Below, piece by piece: positions 32,668 to 49,345 of a DNA stretch of 64,000 nucleotides. Location: the NCBI RefSeq assembly GCF_009914755.1, contig NC_060935.1; one strand, given 5' to 3'. Under the pieces are notes generated by a model. The model made no database searches. It saw nothing but the letters and a program-made list of their open reading frames with translations, and was not told where the DNA came from. The position numbers and the translations under genes were made by a program. Position 1 is the first letter of the stretch; the number at the start of each line of letters is the position of its first letter. The DNA is from the human T2T-CHM13v2.0 reference genome, Homo sapiens.

Positions 32668-34229
32668 GTGGATTTAGATGTCTCTCTGGGTTTACTTGTT
32701 TTTGGCTTGAAGAACTTTTATTAGTGTTTTTGTAAAGCAGGCCATCTAGCAACACATTCTCTTTTTATTTATATGGGCATTTCTTTATTTTGCATTGACT
32801 TTTGAAAGATAATTTTCTGGATGTAAGATTTTTGTTTTGCTCTTTATTTTCTTTCAGTACATTTAATATGCCATTTCAATGTCTTCTGGCATCTGTTGTT
32901 TCTGTTAACACACCAACTGTTAATTTTATTGAGGTTCCTTTGTTGATTTTATTTTTCTAACTATTTTCAGACGTTCTCTTTGTCTTTGGCTTTCAGTAAT
33001 TTTCTATCGTGTGTCTGGGTGTGGATCTCTTTGCATTTATTCTATTTGGAGTTGCAGCTTAATGTTTTTCAGCAAATTGGTAAGTTTTCTTGTCATTATA
33101 TATTCTTCAAGTATTTCTCTGCTTATTTCACTTTCTCTTTTCCTACTAGTACTTCCTGTATGCATATGTTGCTGCATTTAAAAGTGCTTTGCATGTCTCT
33201 GAGACTCTGTTCAACTTTTTTTTTATTCCATTTTCTTTCTGTTCTTGGATTGCCTAACTTCTGTCAATCTATCTCATAGTTTGTTGATTCTTTCTTCTTG
33301 TTCAAATCTATTGTTGAACCCCTGTAATGAACAGTTCATTCAGTTATTGTGCCTTTTACCTCCAGAATTATCATTTGGTTTATATTTCATAATTTTTACC
33401 TCCTTGTTGATAGTCTCTATTTGATGAGACACTGACATCATACCTTCCTTTACTTCTTAAGATTGCTTCCTTTAGTTCTTTGAAGATTTTTATAATGACA
33501 CTTTGACATCTTTGTTAAATATTAAATATTTCCTTCTCACAGAAAATTGTTGTTGCCTACTTTTTCCTGTTCTTGAGTTCCAAATTTCTGTTTCTTTGTA
33601 TGCCTCATAATTTTTTTGTAGGAAACTAGTCATTTTGGGTAATTTATAGTAGCTATTCTGGATATTGATTCCCCTCCTCATTTCTGGGCTGTTTTTGGTG
33701 TTGTTTACTTGCTTATTTATTTTATGAAATGAATAGGTTAATGTGGTGAAGACTATTTCTCCTACAGTGTTAAGCCCTTGGTGTCACTCCTCAGTGGGCA
33801 CAACGTTGACTGTGTGCTGCTTTAATCTGAGATTACAGCGGTTTGTGCAGGTCTCTCTTTGTTTCTTTCCTTGATCTCTCTCTTAACCTGTTTACTTTAT
33901 TTGCTATTATGCACTGCATATTAGTCTCCACTAATTACTGGTCATTTGCTTTATTGCCCTGGAACACAGAAGCCTGACACATTAAATTTTTCAAGGGTAG
34001 TTTTTAAGGCCAGTCTTTGAGGTTTGTTTAATCCCTGGAGGGCTCTTCTGAGCTATACCTTTCCGTGGTTTTCTCTGGTGAGCTAGGTGGGCTGTGGTTC
34101 ATCTTGCTGCTTTTAATTAAAAGAAACAGTTTATTCAAGAAAGCTCTTAGGCTTGAACTTCCTCAAACTCGTTTTTTTTTTCTTTCTAAAGAAAAGCCAG
34201 TTCCTTTTGAAAAAATTTCTACCCTCACA

Positions 34230-35150
34230 AATAATATGCAATAAATCTTGTTGCACATGTTCATATGTGGAATGGCACGGGAATTCTTAGAAATATAACT
34301 CTAAGAACAAAATTTGTGATTAACTGATAATACATACAGTTAAATATAACTAAAATGCCTCAGATTACTTTCCATTATAAGCGTGCCCTTCTCTACTCCA
34401 GTAACAGCAAATGAGCATTTCTGTATTCTGCCTCCCTGGAAATGCTTGGCATTATCCAGCTTTCTTTCTACACAGTAAAATAGTCAGTCGATAGCTCACC
34501 ATTTAAAGTTCTATTTATCTGATTAATAATGATTTTGATCATTTCCTAAAAGATTTATTGTTTTTCAGATTTGCTCTTCTGTAAATTGGTTTTCGCCAGT
34601 TTTCCATTTTTTTTTTTGTTGGGATTGTTGATTTTTTAAAATCTTTACATTTTTGTGTATATTCCAGAGAATAATTCCTTTTTGGTATTAATCATTGCAA
34701 AGAACTTTTCCTATTTGTCATTTACATCTTACCTCTATCCATGGGTTTTTATTTTTTGTTTGTTTAACAGAAATCTTTAAGAAGTAAAAGTACAAACAAA
34801 AAAAGAAAAAATAATACTTACTCGATATTAAAGATTTAGTATTTTTCCTTTTATTAGGTCACAAAGTTAACTTCCTAAATTTTCTTCTAATTTTTTAGTT
34901 ATATTAAGCAACTTCAGGTCTTTAATCTATCTAGTACTCACTATTTTATATGGTGTTAGGAAAAGAATCAATTTTATTTTTCTCTGTATGATGAGTACAT
35001 TTTCCCAATACTGCCTATGAAATAAACAACCTATTCCTTATTGACTTGTTGAGGTCTTTTTATTTTTTATTAAGTTTTCATAGATGCAAGTCTGTCTCTG
35101 AAATATTCCTGTTCCTATTTATAATGTTTCTACCAAGTCATACTGTTCTC
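34230..35150 (-). mobile_element. Very old L1 (L1ME-like) fragment
   Basis: Degenerate antisense ORF2 C-terminal motifs (TTCAGGTCTTTAATCTATCT, TTTTCCCAATAC). Confidence 0.6.
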
Positions 35151-35514
35151 AGACTTCCAAATATTTTTTCCATTTATACAAGTAAAACTTTTCATAAAAT
35201 ACACTATTGAATAAAAAACTGAAGCTTTATTTATCTTGTTGATCAACTCTGAAACGAAAATGTTAAAAGGAATGCATTCTAAATGTTATGATTTTTTCCT
35301 TTCTTAGTAATAGGGTATTCTTTGCCTGAGAACAGTGACTTAATTATAAATGCAGAGGTGTCTTTGAAAGCAGCATTTCCCTCCCCTCCTTTATTCTGTC
35401 TATGTGGTGCGAATAGAGGAAAATACTGACAAATTAAAGTAGCCAATATTTAGACATATACAACTGACCTTCCAGAGAGATCTAGATATATACACATATG
35501 TATTTGTACACCTC

Positions 35515-36679
<1,165 letters not shown>

Positions 36680-36869
36680 TGGATGCAGATATATTTTAAT
36701 ATAAGAAAATATGCCCCTCAATGCATACAAATTCTCAGAAAGAAGGAAGTCTGTATATCTTTTTTCCTGACCTTGCCATGATGCATTTTATGCTTCTCTT
36801 CTTTGTGCTTTATTTCTCATGACCTTCATCCACAAATCACAAAGGCCCCTTCATACCTGTAGTCTGTAG

Positions 36870-37200
36870 GATTCATTAGTTATTTATTAACTTAATAATT
36901 ATTGTAAAGTGTCTTCTGTTTTAGGCACATGGGATATAGATCTGTGAATAAAAAGACAGCTATCTCTGCCCTCATAAAGCCATATTCTAAGCAAGAGATG
37001 ATAGATAATAAACAATGAACACAATAAATCTGTAAATGATCTAAGATATTAAAGGTCAACGCAGAAAATAAAAAGTGAGTAGGTATTGTGAAATTAGGAG
37101 TGCCTGGCTGCAATTTTATGGCAGGATAGATCTCACTGTGAAGTTGATATTTGAACCAAGCCCTGCGAGAGGCAAGGGTGCTTTTGAGGGAAGAAAGGAG
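36870..37200 (-). mobile_element. L2 3' fragment
   Basis: ATTCATT..TATTTATT...TAGGCAC..GGGATATAG...GTGAATAAAAAGACAG pattern. Confidence 0.75.
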
Positions 37201-37214
37201 TAGTACTATGAGAC

Positions 37215-38370
37215 ACTTGGATGGTTTCCAATTTTTGGCTTCCATGAGTAAGGCTGCTATATGAATTCCAGTGCATTTAAAATATATATCTGTCTTCTTT
37301 TCCGTAGCTGAACAGTTATCTTATTTAGTTACATTCCCACCAGCAAGGTATCAGAGTCCCACTTGCTCCACATCCTCAGCAACATTTGCTGTTGTCCACT
37401 TTATTTGTTTTTAACGTGAGTTAAAGTGGTATCTTATTATGGATTTAATTAATTTTTCTAATAATTTTATGGTGCTGAGTACCTTTTCTTCTGTGATCAC
37501 TGGCTATTTTTGTACCTTCTTTTGTGTAGCGTCTGCTAAGTCTTTTACCTTTTCCCTTCTTAATTACTTGGTTGGTTTTCTTCCTTAGATGAAAGCTTGA
37601 TAGAGGTAGTTTTCTGTCTTTTTTTACTCCTGTCTCATAGAAGTGAAATATATGCCTTATTAGGCACTTATAAAATGTGGTATATTATAACTTACCGAGA
37701 ATGTCACATAGTGTTATCATTGTTCTAATTAATAATCCCTTTCTATGTTGAGAATGTCAGATTTCTCAAAATGGTAGGATTTTTACCTTACATGTTCATT
37801 TTGTTTTTTGGTATTTTTTGCTGATAGGTTTTATTTTTGATATGTAGTATACTCACATGAATAAAAATCCAAATAATATAAAATAGAAAACTGTAAGAAA
37901 TCTCTCTGTTTTTAGCCACTTGTTGTGTAACAGCACAAGTTCTCCATATACAGTTAATGAACATTATTTGTTTCTTGTGTGTCTTTATAAAGACATTTTA
38001 TGTGTATAAAATCAAATGAAGAATATATATTAATGTATTTACTTTTCCACAGAAGATGGGATGTATAGTTCTGCATTTTGACTTTTTGAAATATTATTAT
38101 GAATTACAACAAACATAAACATAAATAATATATACAACATATGAACTTGAATAATCATTACCCAGGTAAAGTTTTATTTATTTATTTGGAATTTAATAAA
38201 TGTAAACATACATAGGAAACATTTTATTGTATCTGGCTAACTTTACATAATTTTTAGGATACACCCAAGTTGCACATTTGTCATTCATCTACCTCTGTTG
38301 CTATACAGTGTTCTGTTGTACAAATATGCCAAATATTCTACTGTTGAACATTTGGGTTGCTTCTAGTTTC
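37215..38370 (-). mobile_element. Mosaic of L1ME-like fragments (with a short L2 end at ~37570-37680)
   Basis: ACATTCCCACCAGCAA..GAGT.CCACTTGCTCCACATCCTCAGCAACA; GAACATTTGGGTTGCTTCTAGTTT. Confidence 0.6.
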
Positions 38371-38934
38371 ATTGTACTATCACCAATCTTTCTGCATAGC
38401 ATTTTTCATCTCAACTTGTCTAGATTTACTGAATGTCTATCCTCAGGGCTGTGTAGAACATGATGTTGACTCTTCACCAATGCAATAAAATAGGTTAACC
38501 AAAGATAAATGTTGTTCTCTAACCATTGGTCTGTGAGCTATTTCACAAAGTATGAAATACCAGCTTGTCAGCATTGTTGTAAATGATTTGTACCTGGATT
38601 TTGTAGAGTGTGCAGGATTTTGACAATTAACTTTGGTCATGTAGTTGAAATTTGACTACGTGACCAGCTCACCATAAGAATCACCATGAACAGACCGTTG
38701 GCTTCTTGGTACCAAGATATACTGATGCTTGTTATGGCACTTGATGACCTAAAGACCAAGCATTTCCTGTGTAATGCAATGGTGAGAGAACAAAAAAGTT
38801 TACTCCTAAGATCCCCAGACCCTTTTCAATGTATATATTTCCCCTGCATTTGCCTGGAACAGTTTTTTATCAGTATAAACTGAGGACTATGAGTCCCTTA
38901 AAAAATCAAACACAAAGTAAATAATTTGTATTTA

Positions 38935-39350
38935 ATGCACATGCCATATAAGCATCTGGTGTGTGTGTGTACACATATATACGTGTGTGTGTATATATAT
39001 ATATATAGTGTGTGTGTATATATATATTCATATATATATGAATGTACCAATATTTTGTGTATATTTAAGATTGGAATGACTGGATAATACAACATTTATA
39101 TCTTTACACTTACTGGTAATGACAAATCATTTTCTATGCACATGCCATTAATATTTTTTATAAGAATCTGGTGTGTGAGTGTGTGTATACATATATATGT
39201 GTATGTGTATATATATAGTGTGTGTATATATATATATACACATTCATACATATGAATGTACCAATATTTTGTGTATATTTAAGATTGGAATGATTGGATA
39301 ATGCAACATTCACATCTTCACATTTACTGGTAATGACGAATCATTTTCTA
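38935..39350 (+). repeat. ~200-bp tandem duplication (38935-39135 / 39136-39350) containing a TG/TA microsatellite
   Basis: ATGAATGTACCAATATTTTGTGTATATTTAAGATTGGAATGA is identical in both units. Confidence 0.95.
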
Positions 39351-40980
39351 ATGTGGTTCCAGTTTTCACCCCTGATGGCAGTTTATGAGAGGTCCTTTTA
39401 CTCCAACAATAGCCGACCCCTGGAATACACAGATTTTTAAATGTCTGCTAATCTGTTGGGTGTGTAATAGCTTTACCTTTTGGTTTTATTTTCCATTTCT
39501 CTCATTACTAAATAAGTTGAAAACATTTTTACAGGTTCATTGGCCATTTCTGTCAAGGTGCCTCTCCTCAAACACAAGGTCTTTTCTAAAATGCTTATTT
39601 TTTATGAAGCTTCTTACTTCATGGTTTCTGTTTTAAAGGTCTGCAGCAGAAAGCTTCCTGTATTCTGAGGACATAAAAACATTTTCTATATTATGTGGTT
39701 AAAGCGTCATTGTTTAAGTATATGATTCATTTTTATTGTTTGTTTATTTGTTTAGTAAAATTTGGAGTCAGTTTCCTTTTTTAAATTCCTTATTCTCTTC
39801 TTTCTTCTCCTCTTTTTTTGTTCTTCCTCCTCCTCCTTTTTCTTCTTTTAATAAGGCCAATGAGTTATGCTGATACTTACTTTAAAAATATTTTATACAC
39901 TTTATTTTTCATAAAGTGTCCATACGTTTAGGGCTGCCTGTGGGTTTCTATTGAGTCCCTTTGTGCTATGTTTCTACTTGCATGAATACTACACTGCCTT
40001 GATTTATGCAGCTTCACAGGGGTCATTATTGAGTAGAGTAACTCCTCCAACCTTGCTCTCTCTCAAAATGCAACATTTTGGTCTTTTGCATTTCCATGAA
40101 GTTTTAGAATCAGAATTTTCAGTTTTACTGGCATACATATGCATATAAACAAGTAAAACCACATAGAAACTGTTGAGATATTTATTGGCATTGCATTGGA
40201 ATTATAGATCAATTTGTAGAAAATAAGCATAATAATAATATCGAGTTGTTCAGTGCATGAGCATGGTTCGTGTCTTCATTAAATTTGATATTATTTAACT
40301 TTTTCTAGAATATTTTATACTGTCCTGGATAAATTCATTTTTTGGAACCTGACATAAAATGATTTTGGCTATAGTTGTTTTCCTAATATTTGTAGTAACT
40401 GATCTAATAATTTTAATGGTAATAGAATTATTCAGGGTTGTTATGGTTTGGAATCATGTAGAGGATGTGTCCAACCCTGGTTAAAATTATTTCTGGGTAT
40501 TTTATAATTTTCAAGCAATTTAAAATTGTTTTACATTTTAATTTTTCTATTAAAAATATTGCAAATGTAGAGCATTATGACTGAAATTTATGCAAATTGA
40601 CTTTACGTTTAACATATTTACTAAATTCTGCTATTAGTTTTATTACTTTATCTTCACTTATATAATCATATTTTTTAAAGTAATGACAGTTGTTTTAGTT
40701 TTCTCTTTTGAAATCTTAATACTTTGTTGTTATTTGCTTCTTGTATTAATGATGTGGTGTGGCGTAGAATAAAAGTGGTGAAAATAAGCACCCCTTTTTT
40801 GTTTTGTTGCTGTGTCTTGAGTATTACTTTGATAATTAGAATTATTTATAGAAACTTGTCCCTTTAAATTACATTTTTAAATGCAGTATAATTCTTAAAA
40901 ATATATTATACAGTATTATTTTGTCATTTTTAACATCTCTGAGATCTGTAGTGGTATTCTTTTTTATTACTGACACTGTT
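39351..40980 (-). mobile_element. Degenerate L1ME-like fragments
   Basis: TATTGGCATTGCATTGGAATTATAGATCAATTTG and similar antisense ORF2 motifs. Confidence 0.55.
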
Positions 40981-41054
40981 TTTTTATTAGAAGAGTTACT
41001 TAGGATATATATGTATACATATACATATATTTCTATAACTATATCTACATAGTT

Positions 41055-41200
41055 GTTTCTTTTTTTAACTTTTATTTTACTTTCGTGCATACATGTGCAG
41101 GTTTTCTGTATAAGTAATTGCATGTCACAGGATCTTAGCATAGATTATTTTATTACCTAGGTACTAGGCATAGTATCTGACAGGTAGTTTTTCAATCCTA
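41055..41200 (-). mobile_element. Short old L1PA/L1PB 3' end
   Basis: TTTTTTAACTTTTATTTTA...TACATGTGCAGGTTT...TAGGCATAGTA. Confidence 0.75.
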
Positions 41201-43535
41201 ATTCATCATTTTCAAAAATACAGAGTAGTCCTAGGGAATTTAATTGTTATATAATTGCTTGCTGTTATTATTGTAGTTGAGAGGTTTGGATGAGTGAAAA
41301 TGAGGTTTGCTCAGAAATGTGGGGAAAATTTGACAATTGCTGTTTACAGTGGAGATGGACAAAGAAGCTTAGGCTGTCAGACAAAATGAGGGAATTTGGC
41401 TAATTATTTGGCTGAGGGAGGAGGATGTTAAATGAAGAAAAAGTTGTACTGCCTTTATTCAAATATATTGCCTATCATAATGTTTATTGAATAGATAGGT
41501 CTGGGACCTCTTAAAAGACACTTCTACCTTATTAAAAATATAGCCACTAAATCAATAGACCAGACCACTGGTGTCTACAAAAGTATGGTAATTGTCACTC
41601 TTGCAAATGTTATCACAATTATATAATACATGTGAAGGCTTTTCATAAATCACAAAAAGCTATACAAATGATATTAGTAGCAAAAAGTCTGCTTTGATGG
41701 GCGCCACTGGTAATTTCTTTTATGTTTTATGTACTTTCTCAGGTTTCTTACCTCTCTATAATCATAATAGTTAGAGCTTTCATTTCCTCACAGCTTTCTA
41801 TCTATTCTGATAGAACAGTCTTTCTTGTTTCTGATCTTTCTGTCTAGTCTCTTATCTCTCTCTGTCTCCCAGACATCTCTACTTAAGTGTCTTTCTATCA
41901 CATCAAATACTCTATAACAAAGACGAATGTCTAATCTTTTCCTTAAGCCCTGTCCTCTGCTTCTTTTCTCTCTCTGAAGTCATAACATTTGTCAATATTT
42001 AAATGCAGACTTATAAAACTAATCCCAGACATACAACAGTGCAGGTGCAGATGTTTTCAATCACCTCACAAAAATCTGCAGCATTTCTATTAGTCTTAAT
42101 GCAGTAACTTTACTTGTTTTAACATTGTCATCTAAATATCTAAATCAAAAAGTGACATGAATGTAGTTTTATTATTTTCCCACTATAATGGATATTAGTC
42201 CTACTAGTATTTGAGACATATTATCTGAAGCACTTAACTTTATAATGACTATATAAAATTTGATATGTGTAAGACTGCAAAAATACTAAATTTAAAAATA
42301 TACAAATAAAAGATATAGCAACTGAAATTATTGAGATTAGAAAGAAAAATGGGGCATGTAAGGTAATATAATTTTTAGAGAGTCTCTTGAAAAGAAAGGG
42401 AAACAAGAATTTGGTTTATGAGCCTATATTCCACTCCTCTGTTAATATTAAACCAATAATTTTTAGTTTTTCATGACATACTTACATTTTTAAAACATTA
42501 TTTTATTTCTACAATTTCCTAGTGCGTGTATATATATATATAGTGTATATATAAAGTATTGCCAAACATTGCTAACTCTATTTTTCACCTTGAATTTATT
42601 CCATGCATGAAAGCATTATAGCAATCAGAAACAAAAAATAAGAAAAAAAGTTGTCTTCCAAGATGTCAACAAATGAAATTTAAAAAAGAAATATTTAAAA
42701 CCTTATGGTTACCATAATTTTCACCAACTAATCTTTTATTCATTTAAAATATTTTAGTGTAAATTCAAATATGTTGAATTTATATGCTTAGTATAGGGGA
42801 AGAACAAATTAATTACATATTGTCTCTTTCTCTAGGAGAAGAATGGAATCTAGTAAAGGAATATATACATGAAGAAATGATAGTGATAAAAACACTTTAG
42901 GTGTGCTATCTAAAGTGTAGTTTACATACAGAATTATAATAAAGTGACATAGATGAAATGCTCCACTCCCCTTTGTGGGGTATTAACTGCTTCACGGGCA
43001 ACTGATATTTGAGCCAAAGTTTAAAAAATGAGTAAGTAAGTTTTTGTCTTATGCATAGGAAGAATAGAGCTGTCTGAGTGAAAGGTGAAATTTGGGAAAA
43101 TACATTGAATAATTAAAACTTCATGCAATTCAATATAGCTGTACTTTAGGGGCAAGGAATGGGTACAGGAAAAAATGAGGCTGAAGATGTAGGCTGCAGT
43201 GAAACTTAAACAAATTTTATACATCTTCTGAAACACTTTTGAAAACGTTATTGTAAGTAAACATGTTGGAGATAGAGAGCAAGAAGAAAAAGATCTACCG
43301 TCATGGCTCATTTCTTCAAAGTGAAAGAAAATCCAGCTCAAGCAAGCTTAACCAACTATCACAACGTAAATATATATATTCACAGAATGGAAGAATCTAC
43401 AGTGAAGTTTTATTTCATGCATAGTTGGATCTAGATGCTGACACAATAAATTCTAGCCTCAACTTTGCGTTGCTATAATTTTCAGATAGACGCCACAACT
43501 AGTTACAGAAATAGTTTTTAACAATCCCACACAAA

Positions 43536-43839
43536 GGCCAGGTGCAGTGGCTCACGCCTGTAATCCCAGGATTTTGGGAGTCCATGGCAGGCAGATCACT
43601 TGAGGTTAGGAGTTCAGAGACCAGCTTGGCAAACATGGTGAAACCTGTCTCCACTAAAAATACAAAAATTAGCTGGACGTGGTGGTGTGTGCCTGTAATC
43701 CCAGCTACTCGGGAGGCTGAGGCAAGAGAATGGCACTCCAGCCTGCACAACAGAGTGAGACTCCATCTGAAAAGTAAAATAAAAAAGGAAAAAGAAGGAA
43801 GGAAGGAAGGAAAATAGAAAGAAAGAAGGAAGAAAAAGA
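43536..43839 (+). mobile_element. Alu (AluS) with a right-arm deletion and a GAAG-rich tail
   Basis: GAGAATG joins directly to GCACTCCAGCC; TSD AATCCCACACA at 43523 and 43840. Confidence 0.93.
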
Positions 43840-44128
43840 AATCCCACACACAGGTTATACTGCATAGAACATCTTTTCCAATATTTGATTAACATTTTTT
43901 TAGTATTATTTACTTTGGCTTTGACAGATTCATATGCCCAGGCTGGATTCAATCCCAGTGAAGAGATACAGTTTGTAATTGTCCAAACTAGAATACAAGC
44001 TCACCTCATTGAGGCTTTAGCACTACAATGAAGCAGATAGAATTATAAAGATGAAAAGATGGAATGTATTAAAGTTGTAGAAACCTGCAGATATATAAGT
44101 TTTACAAGAAAATTGAAATAATCTCAAC

Positions 44129-46050
<1,922 letters not shown>

Positions 46051-46774
46051 TTTCCTAAGTCATCACTAGTTTTGGGCTAATTTGACACACAGAAAGAGAC
46101 AATTGTAACACTTAGGGTGGGGTATATGAAACAGAACAAAAATGAGAATCAAAAAAGGAGGAGTTACAGGAAATACACTTTAAATGGATTGTCTCTTTCT
46201 TTTCTTTTTTCTGTGGAAAGTCCTCAAGAATAATGAGCAAAATAAACAAGGCCAGGGCTAGGAAGGAAATGGATTCCACTGTAGTGCTGAAGATGCTGAC
46301 AATTTTTTGTCTTGCTAGTGATTAAAGTGGAAGAAGTTGTAGGATATTATATGCCTGCTGCAGATTTGATATTCACTGTTGCTCTTCACACTTATTAAAA
46401 TTTTTCCTTGAAAATTAGCATATTAAAATTGCTTTCATGTATACAACACTAGACTGACATCCTTGTAATATTCTTCTGTGTTCTAAGTGAGAGCTCAATG
46501 CCTAAACTAATTTAGTGCCTTTCTGCAAGAGTCTCTCTGATGCAATTGTTAAGATAGCATTCCAGACCTTGGCTGTTTTCTTCACCACTGACTTTCTATC
46601 ATATTAAATGCTCTATAAATATTTTGATACATTTATTAGGTAGAGAATTTGGAAAATAAGACCATGATAACTCAGCCTCTATATGTATGTATGTGTATAT
46701 GTGTTTGCATGTGCATATGTTTGTGTGTATATATATACATATTTAACAATTTTAATCATATCATATAAAACTGT

Positions 46775-47095
46775 TACAGTGTATTGGTTAAAGAGGAAAG
46801 GCTCTGTGCTCAAAATATCTGGGCTGGAATGACCCCAGCTCTGCCATTCTTAACTGCCAGTTCCTCCATGTTCAGTTACTTCATCTGTAAAACAGGAATA
46901 TTAATAGTACATGCTTCAAACTTTGTGAGAATTAAATGAGATAAAAAATTTAAACACTTTTTTAATTTTTTAAAAATTAAAAATTAAATGAGATAAAAAA
47001 TTAAAAATGAGAATTAAATGAGATAATTAAAAAATTAAAATTAAAAAAATCTCTTTCATGAAATCAAAGTAAGTCCTCAATGTAAGATAGTTATT
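46775..47095 (+). mobile_element. MIR with an internally amplified core
   Basis: CCCAGCTCTGCCATT...CTTCATCTGTAAAA..GGAATATTAATAGTAC...GTGAGAATTAAATGAGATA. Confidence 0.8.
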
Positions 47096-47336
47096 ATAAT
47101 TTTTTACGTTTGAGTTCTAAAATGTAGTTTTTCTCCCTGTCAATTTTATATCTTCACCTAATATCCAGTTCTTCCCTTATAAAAGCAAAGCTAGAATGTC
47201 CTTTATTTTAATTTGTAATTCTTGTTAGCAAGTTTTATGTTACCATTACATGTTCTTTTCCATTCTCTACCATGTGTTGTGATTATCTATTATTGTTAAC
47301 AAACTACACTCAAACTTTGTGTCTTAAAATATTAGA

Positions 47337-47636
47337 GGCTGGGTGCAGTGGCTCACGCTTGTAATCCCAGCACTTTGGAGGCCGAGGCAGGTGGATCACC
47401 TGAGGTCAGGAGTTCAAGATTAGCCTGGCCAACATGGTGAAACTCTGTCTCTACAAAAATACAAAAATTAGCCAGGCATGATGGCACGTGCCTGTAATCC
47501 CAGCTACTTGGGAGGCTGAGGCAGGAGGATCAGTTGCACATGGGAGGCAGAATTTGCAGTAAGCCAAGATCGTGCCACTATACTCCAGCCCAGTCAACAG
47601 AGCGAGACTCCATCTCAAAACAAAAACAAAAACAAA
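47337..47636 (+). mobile_element. Alu (AluSx/Sz-like)
   Basis: Full dimer with a CAAAAA tail. Confidence 0.95.
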
Positions 47637-48964
47637 CACATTGGAAAGCCCTTATTTTTAAATGAGATTGATGGAATTTTTTTTCTAATAGCCCTCCAGA
47701 AAATAAAATTTCTTAAGAATTAGAAATAGAAAAAAAGAATCTTTGGTTTTATTATCTTAACAATCGATGAAATTCCAATAATTTAATTAATTCTGTATGT
47801 GAATCAATTTCAACCATCATGTCAAATACTTTGCTTTTTTGGGAGGGACAGTCGCCTTCACTGTACATAAATAATTATATAAAAGATCGTAGGCTTGTTT
47901 CAGAAATAATAGGGCCATTCTTTTAGTTTTTCCTAGAATGTGAGCTCCAACATTCCAACAATTATAATACTCACTCAATCCCTTCTCAATCTCTTTAAAT
48001 CTGACATGAAATCCCTTAAAATGTTATGTTGAATTATATTATAGCTCCACCTTAGCAAAAATTCTTTATTGAAAACTAAATAATAAATTACATTTCTGTT
48101 TAAAATACCAAATAACTTTAAAGAAATATACACATGTTCTTTTGCTTCTCTCTCACGTTAAAATCTAATTCTAAAAATTTGCTTTGAAATAGTTTTAGTT
48201 CTCTTTTTCTGAGTTCTGAAATTCTACAATCTATTTTTATTTCTGTTGCGGACAGGTGCAGGATTATTAGGAAATTCGTAACTTCCAGCTGTTTTTTTTT
48301 TTCCATTGTCACTTCATTCAGAAAAGAATTGCATTTTTGCGGTTATCTCTATTTCATGACTTTAGTAAAACCTGTTAACATTTCTACCTTGTGTTGATGC
48401 TCATGATCTTCTCTAATAACTCATTTCTTCAGAAACTAAATGCTACTTTCAGCATTACTATCTTGCCCCTTGGTGATGGCAGTGATAATAGGCCATAATG
48501 CTATGGCAAAGATGGCAAAATGTGCAAAACCCAAAAGGCTACCAAAGGGTTTTCCAAGTCCAAAGGTAAACCTAACACAGATGTAAATAGGTACTACATT
48601 CTTCATCTTATCAGTTTAATTACTTAGGCACTTTTTTGAGAATGGGGGTCTCTCTGCATGAGGAAAGGGAATAAACAATGTAAACACAATATATTATTAA
48701 TTTTCCATTGGTGGGAAAATATCTTTAGTTCTCTTATACCAGGTAGCTGCTTATTAAATGGTAATGTTTCTTGGAGCTAAACACACACAAATACACCACA
48801 CATTTGAAATAAATTTTCTCTTAGTATTTAGGATACTTTAAGAGCCACTCAAAAGCACAGAACTTCAACTTATTATAGCTTTAAATATGTTTATATGCTT
48901 TATGATATAAGTAGATACTAAACTCTGTTAGAAAACAGATCTAGTCTCAGACTAGAGAATATTA

Positions 48965-48968
<4 letters not shown>

Positions 48969-49003
<35 letters not shown>
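48969..49003. repeat. (TG)n microsatellite
   Basis: Pure run of ~17 units. Confidence 0.97.
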
Positions 49004-49006
<3 letters not shown>

Positions 49007-49189
49007 CATGTGGAAAACATTATTGTTGTTCATCAAGAAAATACAGTTAGGAAAATAAGAAAAAGTAAATCTAAAGACTTAAACAAAAAGCATCTACAGT
49101 CAACAACTGCTTGATAGGTTTTTGTTTTGTTTTGTTTTCAGAAACCAAGTTTCTAAGCCCCTGTTTAATACAGGTGGGCCAAGGAGAAT

Positions 49190-49345
49190 TTATTATTTGT
49201 GTTAATTATTTATTGTCTCTATCTTCCCCTGGATGTAAGCTAATATGGAAGAAAAAAGTTTTTCAGTTTGTTCACTGCAACACTAAGTGCCTAGCACAGT
49301 GTTTGAAAGAGTAGTTAGTTGAAAAACATTAGTGAAATAAATTTC
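49190..49345 (+). mobile_element. L2 3' end
   Basis: GGATGTAAGCT...TTTGTTCACTGC...AGTGCCTAGCACAGTG. Confidence 0.75.

Noticed and set aside
38410-38900. Possible DNA-transposon remnants
   Set aside because: Only vague resemblance; no terminal inverted repeats or family could be supported by eye.
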